This document shows, piece after piece, positions 1-9,625 of a stretch of DNA of 64,000 bases. Location: IMG/VR virus record IMGVR_UViG_3300044846_005229, positions 124,001 to 188,000 of that record; one strand, given 5' to 3'. A program made the position numbers and the translations under genes. The stretch's first letter is position 1; every line of letters begins with the position of its first letter. Below the pieces are notes generated by a model, which worked only from the letters and a program-made list of their open reading frames with translations, had not been told where the DNA came from and searched no databases.

Positions 1-132
1 AGCACTGAATGTCCCTAACAAAACACCATCCGAACTAAAAGCAGCTGACCCCAAAGATAACATACTGTGTGGGCCCGGGATTGGCCCGTCAGTTTCAACG
101 TCGGTACTAAAATAGATTTCGTTATTGCTCAT
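1..132 (-). CDS. DEDD 3'-5' exonuclease (Rv2179c-like), 5' part only, runs off window edge
   Basis: Hand translation from ATG at 132: [32 protein letters not shown], with ExoI-type DxExxG motif; not in ORF track. Confidence 0.75.
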   Translation of the reverse strand, partial: MSNNEIYFSTDVETDGPIPGPHSMLSLGSAAFSSDGVLLGTFSA

Positions 133-262
133 TGGTTGATGCTGATGGGTGCTTGTTGGTTTAGATTAGTGTTGGTTGGTATTGACATGCATTGGCAGGT
201 ATTGGCAGGTATTGATAAGTATGATGGTCGTACCACAGGAAATACCAACCATCCGGCAACAA

Positions 263-589
263 TTAGCGAGGCAAAATAAGGCGGGACTCTGGTTCGTCTT
301 CGATTCGAATAGCCTCCTTGACGGTTAGATCGTTAGTCCCCTCAATCCGAGTGAATGATAAGGCATAGTTTCCTTCTTCAGCTTGAGATGCTACGGAGTA
401 GAGACCAAGTGAGCGCATGAATAATTCATCTTGGGTCAGTCCCTCTCGTTCTGAGAGCGAATTAAAAGCTTCGGCAAAGTTAGCCGGTAAATTGATTGTG
501 ACTTCGGTATGTTGTGGTTGCTGCGGTTGCTGTGGTTGCTGTGGTTGCTGTGGTTGCTGTAGCGCTTGTTCCGGGTTGTCAATTGTCAT
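263..589 (-). CDS. CopG/ribbon-helix-helix-like protein with N-terminal QQP repeats
   Basis: VTINLPANFAEAFNSLSEREGLTQDELFMRSL fits RHH beta-helix-helix; (QQP)n from 9-bp tandem repeat. Confidence 0.55.
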   Translation of the reverse strand: MTIDNPEQALQQPQQPQQPQQPQQPQHTEVTINLPANFAEAFNSLSEREGLTQDELFMRSLGLYSVASQAEEGNYALSFTRIEGTNDLTVKEAIRIEDEPESRLILPR

Positions 590-903
590 TTGCTATTTGC
601 GATTTGCGAATGGGTGTTGTTGTTGCCTAGGGTTGTTGTTGCCCAGGGTTGTTGTTGCCCAGGTAGACTACGGGTCGTAAAATAAAGGCAGGATGGCAAA
701 CTTATGTCCGTTGATGACAGTGCATATCGAAGTTCGCATTCCAGTTTGTTAGCTTTCTCCTTGACCCATGCGTAATAGTCATCTGGTGTGGGTGCTCTAT
801 CTTCATTGTCCTCCCAATAGCTTAGGAAATCATCAGTTGACCATGTGAAGTTTACTGATGTAAAGAGTTCCTGTACTTTGAATTCTGGCGTGCGACCATT
901 CAT
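586..903 (-). CDS. hypothetical protein
   Basis: ORF with ATGA stop/start overlaps at both ends (start MNGRT at 903). Confidence 0.7.
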   Translation of the reverse strand: MNGRTPEFKVQELFTSVNFTWSTDDFLSYWEDNEDRAPTPDDYYAWVKEKANKLECELRYALSSTDISLPSCLYFTTRSLPGQQQPWATTTLGNNNTHSQIANSK

Positions 904-1301
904 TTCAGGCACGCAATGTCACGAAACGTTTTAGGTCCTGCTTTGGTATCCCTGGCGTTGGCTATTGCTTCGGTCTTAGTTACCGCTGACTCCACGGCTT
1001 TTGAGATTGACTGCGTTAAAATGGCGGTTAGTTCTGCGGGAGTCAAAGCTGTCGAGCCGGAAAATATGATGGCAGGTTCAATAACAACCGGTGCGGCAAC
1101 AACCGGGCTACCCGATGCAGCCCTCATTGCGCGGATAGCATCGAGAGCAGTATTATGATCGGTGGCACCTAGGCACTCCAAAAGTTCACCATAGTTCGTC
1201 TGAATTTCCTCAGCCGCATAGCATATACTGCGAACCCACCCCATTAAGTCAAAGTTTGCATCCTCAATACGCTGAAGAATCGAATCAAAATTAATGGTCA
1301 T
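900..1301 (-). CDS. hypothetical protein
   Basis: 133-aa ORF; A-homopolymer before ATG; TTGACT-N16-TACAAT promoter upstream. Confidence 0.7.
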   Translation of the reverse strand: MTINFDSILQRIEDANFDLMGWVRSICYAAEEIQTNYGELLECLGATDHNTALDAIRAMRAASGSPVVAAPVVIEPAIIFSGSTALTPAELTAILTQSISKAVESAVTKTEAIANARDTKAGPKTFRDIACLK

Positions 1302-1357
1302 TTTTTTTTTTTGAGAAAGTCATTGTCATTACCATTGTAACTACACCTGCCACAAAG

Positions 1358-1912
1358 TCAAGGTTCGGTTTCCACCCGGCAAACAATCAGTCGCTTGCCT
1401 CTAACTGCGATGATAGATGCCCGATCTGATTTTACCAGGTCCCTAAACCATTCTTTGACTTTTGCGGTTGGTAGCTGATGAGTTTTCGCGAACGTGGTTG
1501 CATTTACCCGGTGCGGTAACCCGAAGATACCTTCAAACATAGCAGGCAAACCTTTTGCATTGACTCTAAATAGATCCTCAGGTTGCCGTATGCCTAGTAC
1601 TGAGTTATAATATCGGATGGTGCTTGGTTTTAGGTTGGGGTTCTTTAAACCTAGTCTAGCCCGGATGAGTTCAGGATATGTCGCCACTTTGGTTCTACGT
1701 GGCCCTGGCCTAAACATTCCTCCACCACGATGGAATCTAACCACATATTCATTTTCAACCAACCAATTTAATGCGCTAGGCGTATACCCCTTGAATTTAC
1801 CAATTTGATTGGCATTCAGGGTAGAGTCTGCCAGCGGTGATCTAACCCATTCGAGTAATAGCGCTAGGGGGGCTAAGGGGGCCTCTGTTATTTTTGGGCC
1901 GTCCTGCCCCAT
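1358..1912 (-). CDS. hypothetical basic protein, possibly DNA-binding
   Basis: 184-aa ORF, K/R-rich. Confidence 0.6.
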   Translation of the reverse strand: MGQDGPKITEAPLAPLALLLEWVRSPLADSTLNANQIGKFKGYTPSALNWLVENEYVVRFHRGGGMFRPGPRRTKVATYPELIRARLGLKNPNLKPSTIRYYNSVLGIRQPEDLFRVNAKGLPAMFEGIFGLPHRVNATTFAKTHQLPTAKVKEWFRDLVKSDRASIIAVRGKRLIVCRVETEP

Positions 1913-2033
1913 GCTGCTTGTTAGCCGTGCAATTAGGGTTTACCCTGCACCCTGCTTCGGGGTTGCCGTCGGGATTGATCACCGCTGGTTAGGATTCTCA
2001 TTAAGAATCAGTTTCAAGCCTTTCACAGTATAG

Positions 2034-2513
2034 TCAATCATGCTCCCCCGAAAAGTCATTCACCTGGAACCCTTCCCGTGTTGCAATTACGGTGTTGTCT
2101 GACCCGAAGGTTGCCTCCATAATCGGTTCCATAACCTTTGAGGTTAAAAGAGAAGAAAGAGATTCTGTTGAGACAGGGTCTACTCCTTCGGGGATAATAA
2201 CCTCTCCATATTTACATGTGAACGAATACTCAGACCAAATGTCCTCTTTTCCCCCGTCGTATTCACCCCACGAGGTGATATCCTCAAGATCTTTTCCTTC
2301 GGCATTCGTGAAGTAAGGATCATTCACACTAAACACACAAGCGTCCCCATCGTTGAAGTAAGGCGCGTATTGGGTCCAAGTTACAGCTTTAATAGCAGGG
2401 TTCTCTTCCCAGAATTTTAAGAAGAATTCTTTAAGTTTTTCCGTAACTAATTTCCTGAATTGCTCTTGGTAAGAAATAAAATCTTGAATAGGGGAGTCAA
2501 GTGATTGAGTCAT
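2034..2513 (-). CDS. conserved phage hypothetical protein
   Basis: WTQYAPYFNDGDACVFSV motif recalled from large-phage proteins; acidic; operonic with 2517-2879. Confidence 0.75.
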   Translation of the reverse strand: MTQSLDSPIQDFISYQEQFRKLVTEKLKEFFLKFWEENPAIKAVTWTQYAPYFNDGDACVFSVNDPYFTNAEGKDLEDITSWGEYDGGKEDIWSEYSFTCKYGEVIIPEGVDPVSTESLSSLLTSKVMEPIMEATFGSDNTVIATREGFQVNDFSGEHD

Positions 2514-2516
2514 GGT

Positions 2517-2879
2517 TTAGTCTCCGATTGGGATGAATTTAGTCTGTTTGTCTGGTGATTTGTTAGTTCCTGACATCCATGGTTGGGCAACCATATTGTT
2601 CAGGTATTTCTCGACTGTGGGAATAAACCCCAGATCCTGAATAATGTGATCCTCAGCAATGTCTCGCGGAGAGTAAGTTACTCCCGCAGAGTTGATCCGG
2701 GTGCGCCCGAACATTTGCTCGACGATGAAACACCCGAAAGAAGAGTGCAACAACGCACGGTGCCGAATGTCGGGGAACGCAATTTTACTGCTGTCGATGA
2801 AGTCGTCAATGTCAGCGTAATCGTCTGGTGATCCGCCGTACTTCTTGGCATGTTTTCGCCCATGTAGAAAAGGTTTCAT
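2517..2879 (-). CDS. DUF6915-like phage protein
   Basis: H..H.KKYGG..DDY..I..FIDSSK...DIRHRALLH pattern. Confidence 0.7.
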   Translation of the reverse strand: MKPFLHGRKHAKKYGGSPDDYADIDDFIDSSKIAFPDIRHRALLHSSFGCFIVEQMFGRTRINSAGVTYSPRDIAEDHIIQDLGFIPTVEKYLNNMVAQPWMSGTNKSPDKQTKFIPIGD

Positions 2880-2963
2880 TGCGCTTTTGAGTTTAAGGGG
2901 GGTATGTGTTTAGGTTTTTCATGGGGCCGCTCATCACGGTCTACAAAAGCAGGGGCCGATTTA

Positions 2964-3704
2964 CTACATGACCTTATACCGGGTCGGGCTAATAACCATG
3001 GGGGCACTGACCGCATCCATCGCAGCAACAAAATTGGCTATAGCCTCTTTACAATACTCAGTTACCCTGCCGATATCGCAACACCCATCGATCGTAACAT
3101 GTGGATATTCCTTAATAAAAGGTAACTTACTCGCATTATCATAACCTTCAATAACCCTATCCATAAATGGTCTTCCTTGCGATTCAAATCGATCTTTGAC
3201 ATCGGATTTCCTACCCTGTTCTTGCCTCAATTGTTTACTTCTCCTTCTCACCCTCAACGCAGCTTCATCGGCTGGAACATCAAAGTAAATCTCAAAGTCT
3301 GGATAAAACAAACCACACGCAAGTTCATGTGCTTGCTTAACGGCTTGCCACCCTAAGGCTCTACCCCACCCTTGGTAAGCCACGGTGCTAGTATAGAAAC
3401 GGTCGCATAATACCCAATTGCCTCTTTCAAGTTCAGGCTTAATTACAGTTTCCACATGTTGGGCTCGATCAGCCATCATCAATAGGAGTTCGGCTCTTGG
3501 GGTTAATGCAATGGCAGGATCTTTAAGTAGGGATCTAATAGCAGGCAAACAACCCGGCGCACGAGTTTCTACAACCTGGGCACCCTCTGGCAATAAACCA
3601 CTTGACCATAACCAATCAGCGATAGTTGCTAGTTGAGTTGTCTTTCCACAGCCGTCTATACCTTCGAAGGTTATGAATGTGCCTTTCTTTGCTTTAGTTT
3701 TCAT
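2964..3704 (-). CDS. tmk: thymidylate (dTMP) kinase
   Basis: FITFEGIDGCGKTTQ P-loop, ELLL..ADRAQH, VLCDRF..ST.AYQG, DRFE lid motif. Confidence 0.95.
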   Translation of the reverse strand: MKTKAKKGTFITFEGIDGCGKTTQLATIADWLWSSGLLPEGAQVVETRAPGCLPAIRSLLKDPAIALTPRAELLLMMADRAQHVETVIKPELERGNWVLCDRFYTSTVAYQGWGRALGWQAVKQAHELACGLFYPDFEIYFDVPADEAALRVRRRSKQLRQEQGRKSDVKDRFESQGRPFMDRVIEGYDNASKLPFIKEYPHVTIDGCCDIGRVTEYCKEAIANFVAAMDAVSAPMVISPTRYKVM

Positions 3705-3741
3705 TGCTTGTATGTTGTTGATTGGCGTTAGTTGGCGTCCC

Positions 3742-4080
3742 TCAAAGCCACTGCTTGGCTAGTTTTTCAAAGTTCTCCCCGTTCTCAAAGTCAGCCTCTC
3801 CTAGAATCTCAGACGACCCGTCACTGTAGAAGTTCACCATGATGTATCTCTGGTACCCGCAACTGATTCTCCATGAACATTCTTTAAACTCTTCAGTTTC
3901 TTTTTCGGGGTACTTTGGGGTAAAGCGACCATCATCACCCCGAGCATTACAGTCTATGTCGCCCAAAAAGTGCAAATTAACTGCTTTTCTCAGTTCTCTC
4001 TGAGTTTTATCACTAAAGCCATAGCTGATGAAGACCGGGAAGGTCCCCAATAGGGCCTTATTGCGGGGTTCAGATTGCAT
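3742..4080 (-). CDS. hypothetical protein
   Basis: 112-aa ORF in operon. Confidence 0.65.
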   Translation of the reverse strand: MQSEPRNKALLGTFPVFISYGFSDKTQRELRKAVNLHFLGDIDCNARGDDGRFTPKYPEKETEEFKECSWRISCGYQRYIMVNFYSDGSSEILGEADFENGENFEKLAKQWL

Positions 4081-4083
4081 GTT

Positions 4084-4272
4084 TTATCGAGTGATTGTCT
4101 TTAAATAGGCTTGATATCGCATAAACCTCCCAACCGATGGGTTAACACCTAGGCTCCGGCAAACTTCGCAATACGACAGGAATTCGTACCACGGGGTTGT
4201 AGGGTCTAAGGCTTCTAGGGGTCTTGGGGGACCTAAAGCTTCTAATTTCAAGATAGAGTCCAGCATTAACAC
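4084..4272 (-). CDS. conserved cyanophage small protein
   Basis: DPTTPWYEFLSYCEVC...RFMRY resembles small proteins recalled from cyanomyoviruses. Confidence 0.65.
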   Translation of the reverse strand: MLMLDSILKLEALGPPRPLEALDPTTPWYEFLSYCEVCRSLGVNPSVGRFMRYQAYLKTITR

Positions 4273-4836
4273 CTACGGCAGAATACGATGAACCCATGCC
4301 CTACCGACATCAGGTTGTACTTTCTCGGAGTAATAACGAATTGAATCCCACCGATTTGTACCAACGACGCAAGCAGCATAGATGATGCGGTCGCTATAGA
4401 ATCCGTCGAAGAAGTTTACCGATGGTTTATTATAGCTCCAGGAAGGGCCATCAAATTCACTCCAAGGGTCCTTTACATTGAAAGCGTGCCCCTTAGAAGA
4501 TGCCCCCGTGGCCTTCACTCCATCAAGAGCAATAACGTGACCACTGTCGGTGAACCAACCATGGGTAATTAGAAATTCACCATTTTTCAGGTAGCCAACC
4601 ATATCATCGATGGAAGCACTTTCATCATAGATATACTTTTCTCCTTTGTAACGCCTAAGGATCTGGCCCATATTTGACGGGTGACCTGCATCCCCTAGTT
4701 TCAGAAGCTGAGAGCGGATACCATAGATGTCATTACTGCCGATTGCCATAGCAATGCAAGTTGCTTGGCATGTGCTGCCATCGGGTTGAGATAAGTTTAA
4801 GGCCCGTACTTTAGTGCCCCATTCTGATTGTGTCAT
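4273..4836 (-). CDS. C39-like papain-fold peptidase
   Basis: SQPDGSTCQATCIAM (Gln/Cys), SGHVIAL (His), VKDPW (Asp) in catalytic order. Confidence 0.8.
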   Translation of the reverse strand: MTQSEWGTKVRALNLSQPDGSTCQATCIAMAIGSNDIYGIRSQLLKLGDAGHPSNMGQILRRYKGEKYIYDESASIDDMVGYLKNGEFLITHGWFTDSGHVIALDGVKATGASSKGHAFNVKDPWSEFDGPSWSYNKPSVNFFDGFYSDRIIYAACVVGTNRWDSIRYYSEKVQPDVGRAWVHRILP

Positions 4837-4989
4837 AGCTTGGTTATTTTATATTTGAGTATGGGTTTGAAGTCGGATGTAATTTATTGGAGGGGTTTGG
4901 ATTATTTATTTGGTGTTGCTAAGGCGGACCACCAATCACCCCACAACCCAATGGCCACCCCCAAAGAACACAACCCAATCACCTATACT

Positions 4990-5190
4990 TTAGGGGCAAT
5001 TAGGGGCAACCAGGGGACGATCACCTTTGCCCACCAGGGACTTTACCATGAGTTCAGTAAATCGCTCTTGCCTGCTGGGGCAAACTGACTGGGGGTAGCC
5101 GTCAATTGCTGCCTTTAACGAGGCAAGTTCTTGCCACTCTGCCAGGCTAATGGGGGCTGGGCCAATGGGTGCAACTTGTTGTGAATTCAT
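4990..5190 (-). CDS. conserved cyanophage small protein
   Basis: MNSQQ start, ATGA overlap with upstream gene; EW.EL..LK.AI...P.SV.P..ERFTEL pattern. Confidence 0.65.
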   Translation of the reverse strand: MNSQQVAPIGPAPISLAEWQELASLKAAIDGYPQSVCPSRQERFTELMVKSLVGKGDRPLVAPNCP

Positions 5191-5516
5191 TTTGTGGTGG
5201 ATGGTGTTAGAGGTTCGGGAGTTACCACAGCGGGTGCCATAACCTTGGGAGCATACACAGTTAGGGCACGATCTACAGCAATGATCATACCGACCGGTGG
5301 AATGCAAGCTGCGAGTTTCCACCAAAACCATGGCGCAATCGCTATCCCAGCAAACCACCATGCCAAAGTAAGTAAAGATAGGACCTTCGAGATACCGAAG
5401 TCTACCTTGAGGTTGATGGTCGGTTGGTTGGTGACAGTTTCAATTGCCTTTAATGCAGTGTTGCCATTGGCGGGTTGTCTAGATGCGGAGCTAATTGATG
5501 CGGAGCTATCAGTCAT
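5187..5516 (-). CDS. small membrane protein (two predicted TM segments)
   Basis: Hydrophobic VLSLLTLAWWFAGIAIA and WWKLAACIPPVGMIIAV; TTGACT-N17-TACAAT promoter upstream. Confidence 0.65.
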   Translation of the reverse strand: MTDSSASISSASRQPANGNTALKAIETVTNQPTINLKVDFGISKVLSLLTLAWWFAGIAIAPWFWWKLAACIPPVGMIIAVDRALTVYAPKVMAPAVVTPEPLTPSTTK

Positions 5517-5699
5517 TTTAGTGGGTGTTGTGGCTGCTGGGTTATGCCGTGAACCATGAGGCTAAAGGCAATCTGGTTCTGTTCTATTGTAGGGAGTTTA
5601 CCCCCAAAAGTCAATGGGTGTTGTGGGGGGGGGGGATTTCCGTAAGACTACCATAGGTGTTGTGGCTCCGAATGCAAGGGCCATGAACGCAAGTACACG

Positions 5700-5927
5700 C
5701 TACCAGTCACCTTCTCTCAAACAACGGACTATAACCGAACCGGGTCCCGCGAGTTCTAACGCAGTAGTAATTGCGTGAGTTGAGTTGTGGGCCATTATGT
5801 TGTGGATGTGCTGTCGGGTTAATGAGTAAGTTGAGTTTAAAGTTATTTCGGTTAGGACACGATAAGGGCGAAGTTTGCCAGGTGGTGTTGTGCTTCGGGT
5901 AGGTTTGCGGTTCGGTGAGTTGACCAT
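5700..5927 (-). CDS. small hypothetical protein, start uncertain
   Basis: C-terminus IMAHNSTHAITTALELAG...RCLREGDW looks coding; N-terminus overlaps repeats. Confidence 0.45.
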   Translation of the reverse strand: MVNSPNRKPTRSTTPPGKLRPYRVLTEITLNSTYSLTRQHIHNIMAHNSTHAITTALELAGPGSVIVRCLREGDW

Positions 5928-6078
5928 CGGGTGTGATGTTACAAAACTTAACATATCAGGGCGGGGAGTTTTACCATAATGAGTTAACTATCGGGTGGCA
6001 AGGAGTTTACCACGGGGGTAGTACACTTGTACTAGCTTACCCGGTGGCAATACCCGGTGGCAATACCCGGTGGCTAAC

Positions 6079-6282
6079 TCACTTGGAGCGGCGGCGCCTC
6101 AGCTCATCCCCGTAGGTGCAAGCCTCATCGCTATAGCGGCCCTCAGCAATCGGGTTCCAGCCACGCATGGCAGCCTCGGCCTGGCGACAATCTCTGGCTG
6201 CATAGGACAGCTCGGCATCGGTCATGCTGCTGGCTTTGGTGGCCCAGGCGGTGAAATCAGCGGCGGTAGCGGCGGTGGTCAT
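6079..6282 (-). CDS. cassette gene, conserved cyanophage small protein
   Basis: Own promoter at 6308; WNP..EG.YSDE..TYGDELRRR. Confidence 0.75.
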   Translation of the reverse strand: MTTAATAADFTAWATKASSMTDAELSYAARDCRQAEAAMRGWNPIAEGRYSDEACTYGDELRRRRSK

Positions 6283-6761
6283 GGTGCCCCTTGCTTGGTA
6301 CCTACATATTGTAGCACCCTGGCGGGGGCAATGTGGCCCTTGGTTCCTGGACTCGGGAAATCGTTACGGTTCGTCACATTGCCGCAGAAGTCGAAACCAT
6401 GGGAAAGCCCCGGAAACCGGGGCGGTGGAGTCATGCCAGGCGGATCAGCAAGTGGCAATCCATGCAGCCGCCTCGGCTTCGGTAAGGGGGCCAGCGATGC
6501 AGGTGCTGTCAACCTCAAAGCAGGAACGACGCTGCCACTCGTAGCCGAACCATGCGCCATCTTCCTGACGGATTGAGAAGCCGTAGCCGTTGCGGTCAAC
6601 TCGGCGGGTGGTGGCGGCGGTGGTCATGGTGCCCCTTGCTTGGTACCTACATATTGTAGCACCCTGGCGGGGGCAATGTGGCCCTTGGTTCCTGGACTCG
6701 GGAAATCGTTACGGTTCGTCACATTGCCGCAGAAGTCGAAACCATGGGAAAGCCCCGGAAA
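6269..6761 (+). repeat. 148-bp perfect direct repeat (6269-6416 and 6614-6761) containing a whole promoter module
   Basis: Base-by-base identity read from the sequence. Confidence 0.9.
6445..6627 (-). CDS. cassette gene, hypothetical
   Basis: Own promoter at 6653 (duplicated module). Confidence 0.7.
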   Translation of the reverse strand: MTTAATTRRVDRNGYGFSIRQEDGAWFGYEWQRRSCFEVDSTCIAGPLTEAEAAAWIATC

Positions 6762-6938
6762 TCACCAGCGGGCGGCCCAGACCTTAAGCTCAGCCAGGCT
6801 GTAGGTTGCCATGCAGCCAGCGAGGGTGCCATTCTCGACCCGGTGGACCCGGTACTGACCGAACCGGCGAGTAACCCTGACATCCGGGTGACTTGCGAAA
6901 AAATCTAGGATTTGATTGCTAGTGCTCAGGGTGGCCAT
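6762..6938 (-). CDS. cassette gene, 58-aa hypothetical
   Basis: MATLSTSNQILDFFASHPDVRVTRRFGQYRVHRVENGTLAGCMATYSLAELKVWAARW; promoter at 6965; below ORF-track cutoff. Confidence 0.65.
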   Translation of the reverse strand: MATLSTSNQILDFFASHPDVRVTRRFGQYRVHRVENGTLAGCMATYSLAELKVWAARW

Positions 6939-7207
6939 TTGCCGTTTGGTTGGTTGGCTTCGTAATTATAGCATGGTTGCCGGGGGTGCCGACGGGTTTG
7001 CCGGGGTTTTGTTACGTTTAGTAATAATGCCATGGGAGTAATACAAACGTATTAGCTCACCCGGTGAGGTTGCGCTTCGGGTGAGTTGTAACAAAACTTA
7101 ATAATCCGGTGAGTTTATTATCCGGTGGCGACACAAAACTTAACACATTGGGGCAGGGAGTTTAACGGCAATGAGTTAAGGGACCTAGTAGCAAGAACCT
7201 AGATAGC

Positions 7208-7230
7208 AAAAAGCCCCGGCGAACCGGGGC
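7208..7230 (-). terminator. rho-independent terminator, UUCG loop
   Basis: GCCCCGG-TTCG-CCGGGGC-TTTTT just after stop at 7243; near-copies at 10689-10712 and 14014-14037. Confidence 0.85.
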
Positions 7231-7242
7231 AGGGCCAGATAC

Positions 7243-7428
7243 TCAGCGGCGGTAGCAAAGTTCCCGGTGGAGTGCATTGGACCTTGCGATGCAGCCCCCA
7301 AGGCTCTCGGGGCGGATCCTGGCTTCGATGCCAAGGCGACGGATGGCCCGGTGGATTTCAGGGTCCGTCATCAGGGTGGCCTCTTTCTGCCAAGCGGTGA
7401 GATCAGCGATGGTAGCGACGGCGGGCAT
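7243..7428 (-). CDS. cassette gene, weak paralog of 6079-6282
   Basis: AT.AD.TAW...A..MTD.E shared N-terminus; own promoter at 7455. Confidence 0.65.
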   Translation of the reverse strand: MPAVATIADLTAWQKEATLMTDPEIHRAIRRLGIEARIRPESLGGCIARSNALHRELCYRR

Positions 7429-8028
7429 GGTGCGTTCCGGTGCGGTACTTACATATTATATGCCAGGGATGGATGGGTGTCAAGGCGCCGGTCGGTGAGT
7501 TTACGCCCTGTAACAATGCCGGTCGGCGAGTTTACGCTCCGGGTGTCGCGCTTCGGGTGAGTTGACTATCAGGTGGCGACACAAAACTTAACATATCAGG
7601 GCAGGGAGTTTGGCGGCAATGAGTTTACTGTCAGGTGGCGACACAAAACTTAACACACCCTGGCAAGGAGTAATACACTTGTACTAGCTTGCCCGGTGTT
7701 GCTCTCCGGTGTTGCTCTCCGATGAGTTGACTATCGGTGAGTTGACTACCGGGTGCGATGTTACAAAACTTTACATATCAGGGCAGGGAGTAATACACTT
7801 GTACTATCTCACCCGGCGGCAGTTTGACCGCAATGAGTTTACCGCGAGAGTAATACACTTGTACTATCTCACCCGGTGACAATACCCGATGGCAATACCC
7901 GATGCCAATGAGTTCGACCGCAATGAGTTTACCACGGGAGTAATGCTCTTGTACTATCTTCCCCAGTGGCAATACCCATGAAAAAACCCCGGCAAGGCCA
8001 GGGCAAGGTGGGAATTGGGCCGGAACCC

Positions 8029-8265
8029 CTAGGTAAGGGTCTCGATAGACTCGATAGACTGGCTCAGCATGCCCCTCAGCTGACGCAGGGTATCAAGGGT
8101 TTCATGGGCAGGGCGGAAGATGGCTTTGCCATCGGGGCGGTACACTTCCCTCAGGGACCCAATCAGGTTGGCCAGGGCGATTCCTTCGGTGACGGCCTTC
8201 TCCACGATTCGATCCACTTCGGCGGCGACGGGGGTGGTTACGGTGGCGGTAGTGGTGGTGGGCAT
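8029..8265 (-). CDS. cassette gene, hypothetical
   Basis: Start MPTTTT at 8265; promoter at 8293. Confidence 0.7.
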   Translation of the reverse strand: MPTTTTATVTTPVAAEVDRIVEKAVTEGIALANLIGSLREVYRPDGKAIFRPAHETLDTLRQLRGMLSQSIESIETLT

Positions 8266-8338
8266 GGGTGACTCCCGGTTGGTGACTCTGTAATTGTACC
8301 ATACGGCAGGCAGGGGGCGCAAGCCCCCCTTGGGCCAC

Positions 8339-8500
8339 TCATTCCCAGGTGGCACTAGCGACCCAGCCAGGGATCCCCCGGTCGGCAAAGCCGGAATTCA
8401 TCCGCTCTGCTTCGGCGATAGCGGCTTTCTTGTTAGGGGTCTCGTATAAGGTCTCGCGACCGGTTTCGGTGCAGAGGATGACGCGGTAGATGCGGGACAT
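8339..8500 (-). CDS. cassette gene, 53-aa hypothetical
   Basis: MSRIYRVILCTETGRETLYETPNKKAAIAEAERMN...; promoter at 8526. Confidence 0.6.
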   Translation of the reverse strand: MSRIYRVILCTETGRETLYETPNKKAAIAEAERMNSGFADRGIPGWVASATWE

Positions 8501-8662
8501 TTGCGGTTTGGTGCGGTACCTCGTAATTATAGCATGGTGCCATGGGGGTGGTCAACTCCTGGACTTTAATGGCTGGCAAGCATGGTGCCAACGGAACCGT
8601 CAACCCCATGGATTCTGCGGCAGGAAGGGGGCCCGGCAGGCAACCCCCCCCCCTAGGCACCC

Positions 8663-8797
8663 TCAGGCCTCGCCCACGACAATCCAACCCTTGGGTTTCC
8701 GGCTAAGGGGGCCAGTGTAGACGACTTGCTCAAGGAAACCTTCGCGGTTGGTGCGCTCAAGCAGCCACTGGCTGGGGGTGGTGGTTTTGGTGGCCAT
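8663..8797 (-). CDS. cassette gene, 44-aa hypothetical
   Basis: MATKTTTPSQWLLERTNREGFLEQVVYTGPLSRKPKGWIVVGEA; promoter at 8836. Confidence 0.6.
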   Translation of the reverse strand: MATKTTTPSQWLLERTNREGFLEQVVYTGPLSRKPKGWIVVGEA

Positions 8798-8870
8798 TGC
8801 GGTTCGGTGGGTGACTCCCGGTTGGTGACTCTGAGATTATAGCACGGATAGGCAGGGGGCGCAAGCCCCC

Positions 8871-9086
8871 TCAGGCAGGCATCGTGAAGTATGTATCCTC
8901 TGCGTCCCATCCTTGCTGGATAAGTTCTTCAATGCCCCGCTCCCCGTCTTCCTTGGAAGGGTGCAGCCAATTCAGCTCCCAGCTCCCATCGGAGCCAACC
9001 CGGAAAGTGGCACAGACGGTACCGGGTAGGAGGTGGTAGGGGTGGCCCTCAGGGCAGTAGCAGATGGAAGGGGTGGTTGTGGCCAT
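8871..9086 (-). CDS. cassette gene, hypothetical
   Basis: Start MATTTPSICYC; consensus promoter 9118-9146. Confidence 0.7.
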   Translation of the reverse strand: MATTTPSICYCPEGHPYHLLPGTVCATFRVGSDGSWELNWLHPSKEDGERGIEELIQQGWDAEDTYFTMPA

Positions 9087-9160
9087 GGGTGGTTGCCCTT
9101 GGTTGGTTGACTCTGTGATTATAGCATGGTTCCGGGGCAGTGTCAACCCCCTAGGAACCC

Positions 9161-9625
9161 TCAAACCGCAACCACAGCAACCTTGGCAGTCTTACGGGGG
9201 GCACGCTTGCGAGCAGGGGCAGGGGCCGGTGCAGGGGCGTCGGCGGTCGCAGAGGCCTTGGTTGCCTTGGTCGTCTTAGTCGTCTTGGCGCGGCTCTTAC
9301 GGGCAGGGGCCGGTGCAGCAGCCAGCAGGGCGATAGGGCCACTTGCGGCCATCAGGACGGGAACCTCAGCGGGCACGACAATTTCCTGGAACTCAATAGC
9401 GATGCCATCGATGGCTTCAACCGTGGCCCTAGCCAGGGCAGCCAACTGATCGTTGCGGGCATCGATAGCCTCGCGGGTTTGACAACCCAGATCATAGGCA
9501 GAGTCTGCCGTGATGGTGACCACGGCGATAGCGTAAGCGATCACAATGCCAGCAATGCGGGCAGCCTTCTCAAGGGTGGGGGCCCAATCGGCTTTCAGGA
9601 TGGTTGCGATGGTGGTGGTGGCCAT
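9161..9625 (-). CDS. cassette gene with K/A/P-rich basic C-terminal tail
   Basis: PARKSRAKTTKTTKATK...PARKRAPRKTAK; TTGACA-N17-TACAAT promoter. Confidence 0.7.
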   Translation of the reverse strand: MATTTIATILKADWAPTLEKAARIAGIVIAYAIAVVTITADSAYDLGCQTREAIDARNDQLAALARATVEAIDGIAIEFQEIVVPAEVPVLMAASGPIALLAAAPAPARKSRAKTTKTTKATKASATADAPAPAPAPARKRAPRKTAKVAVVAV

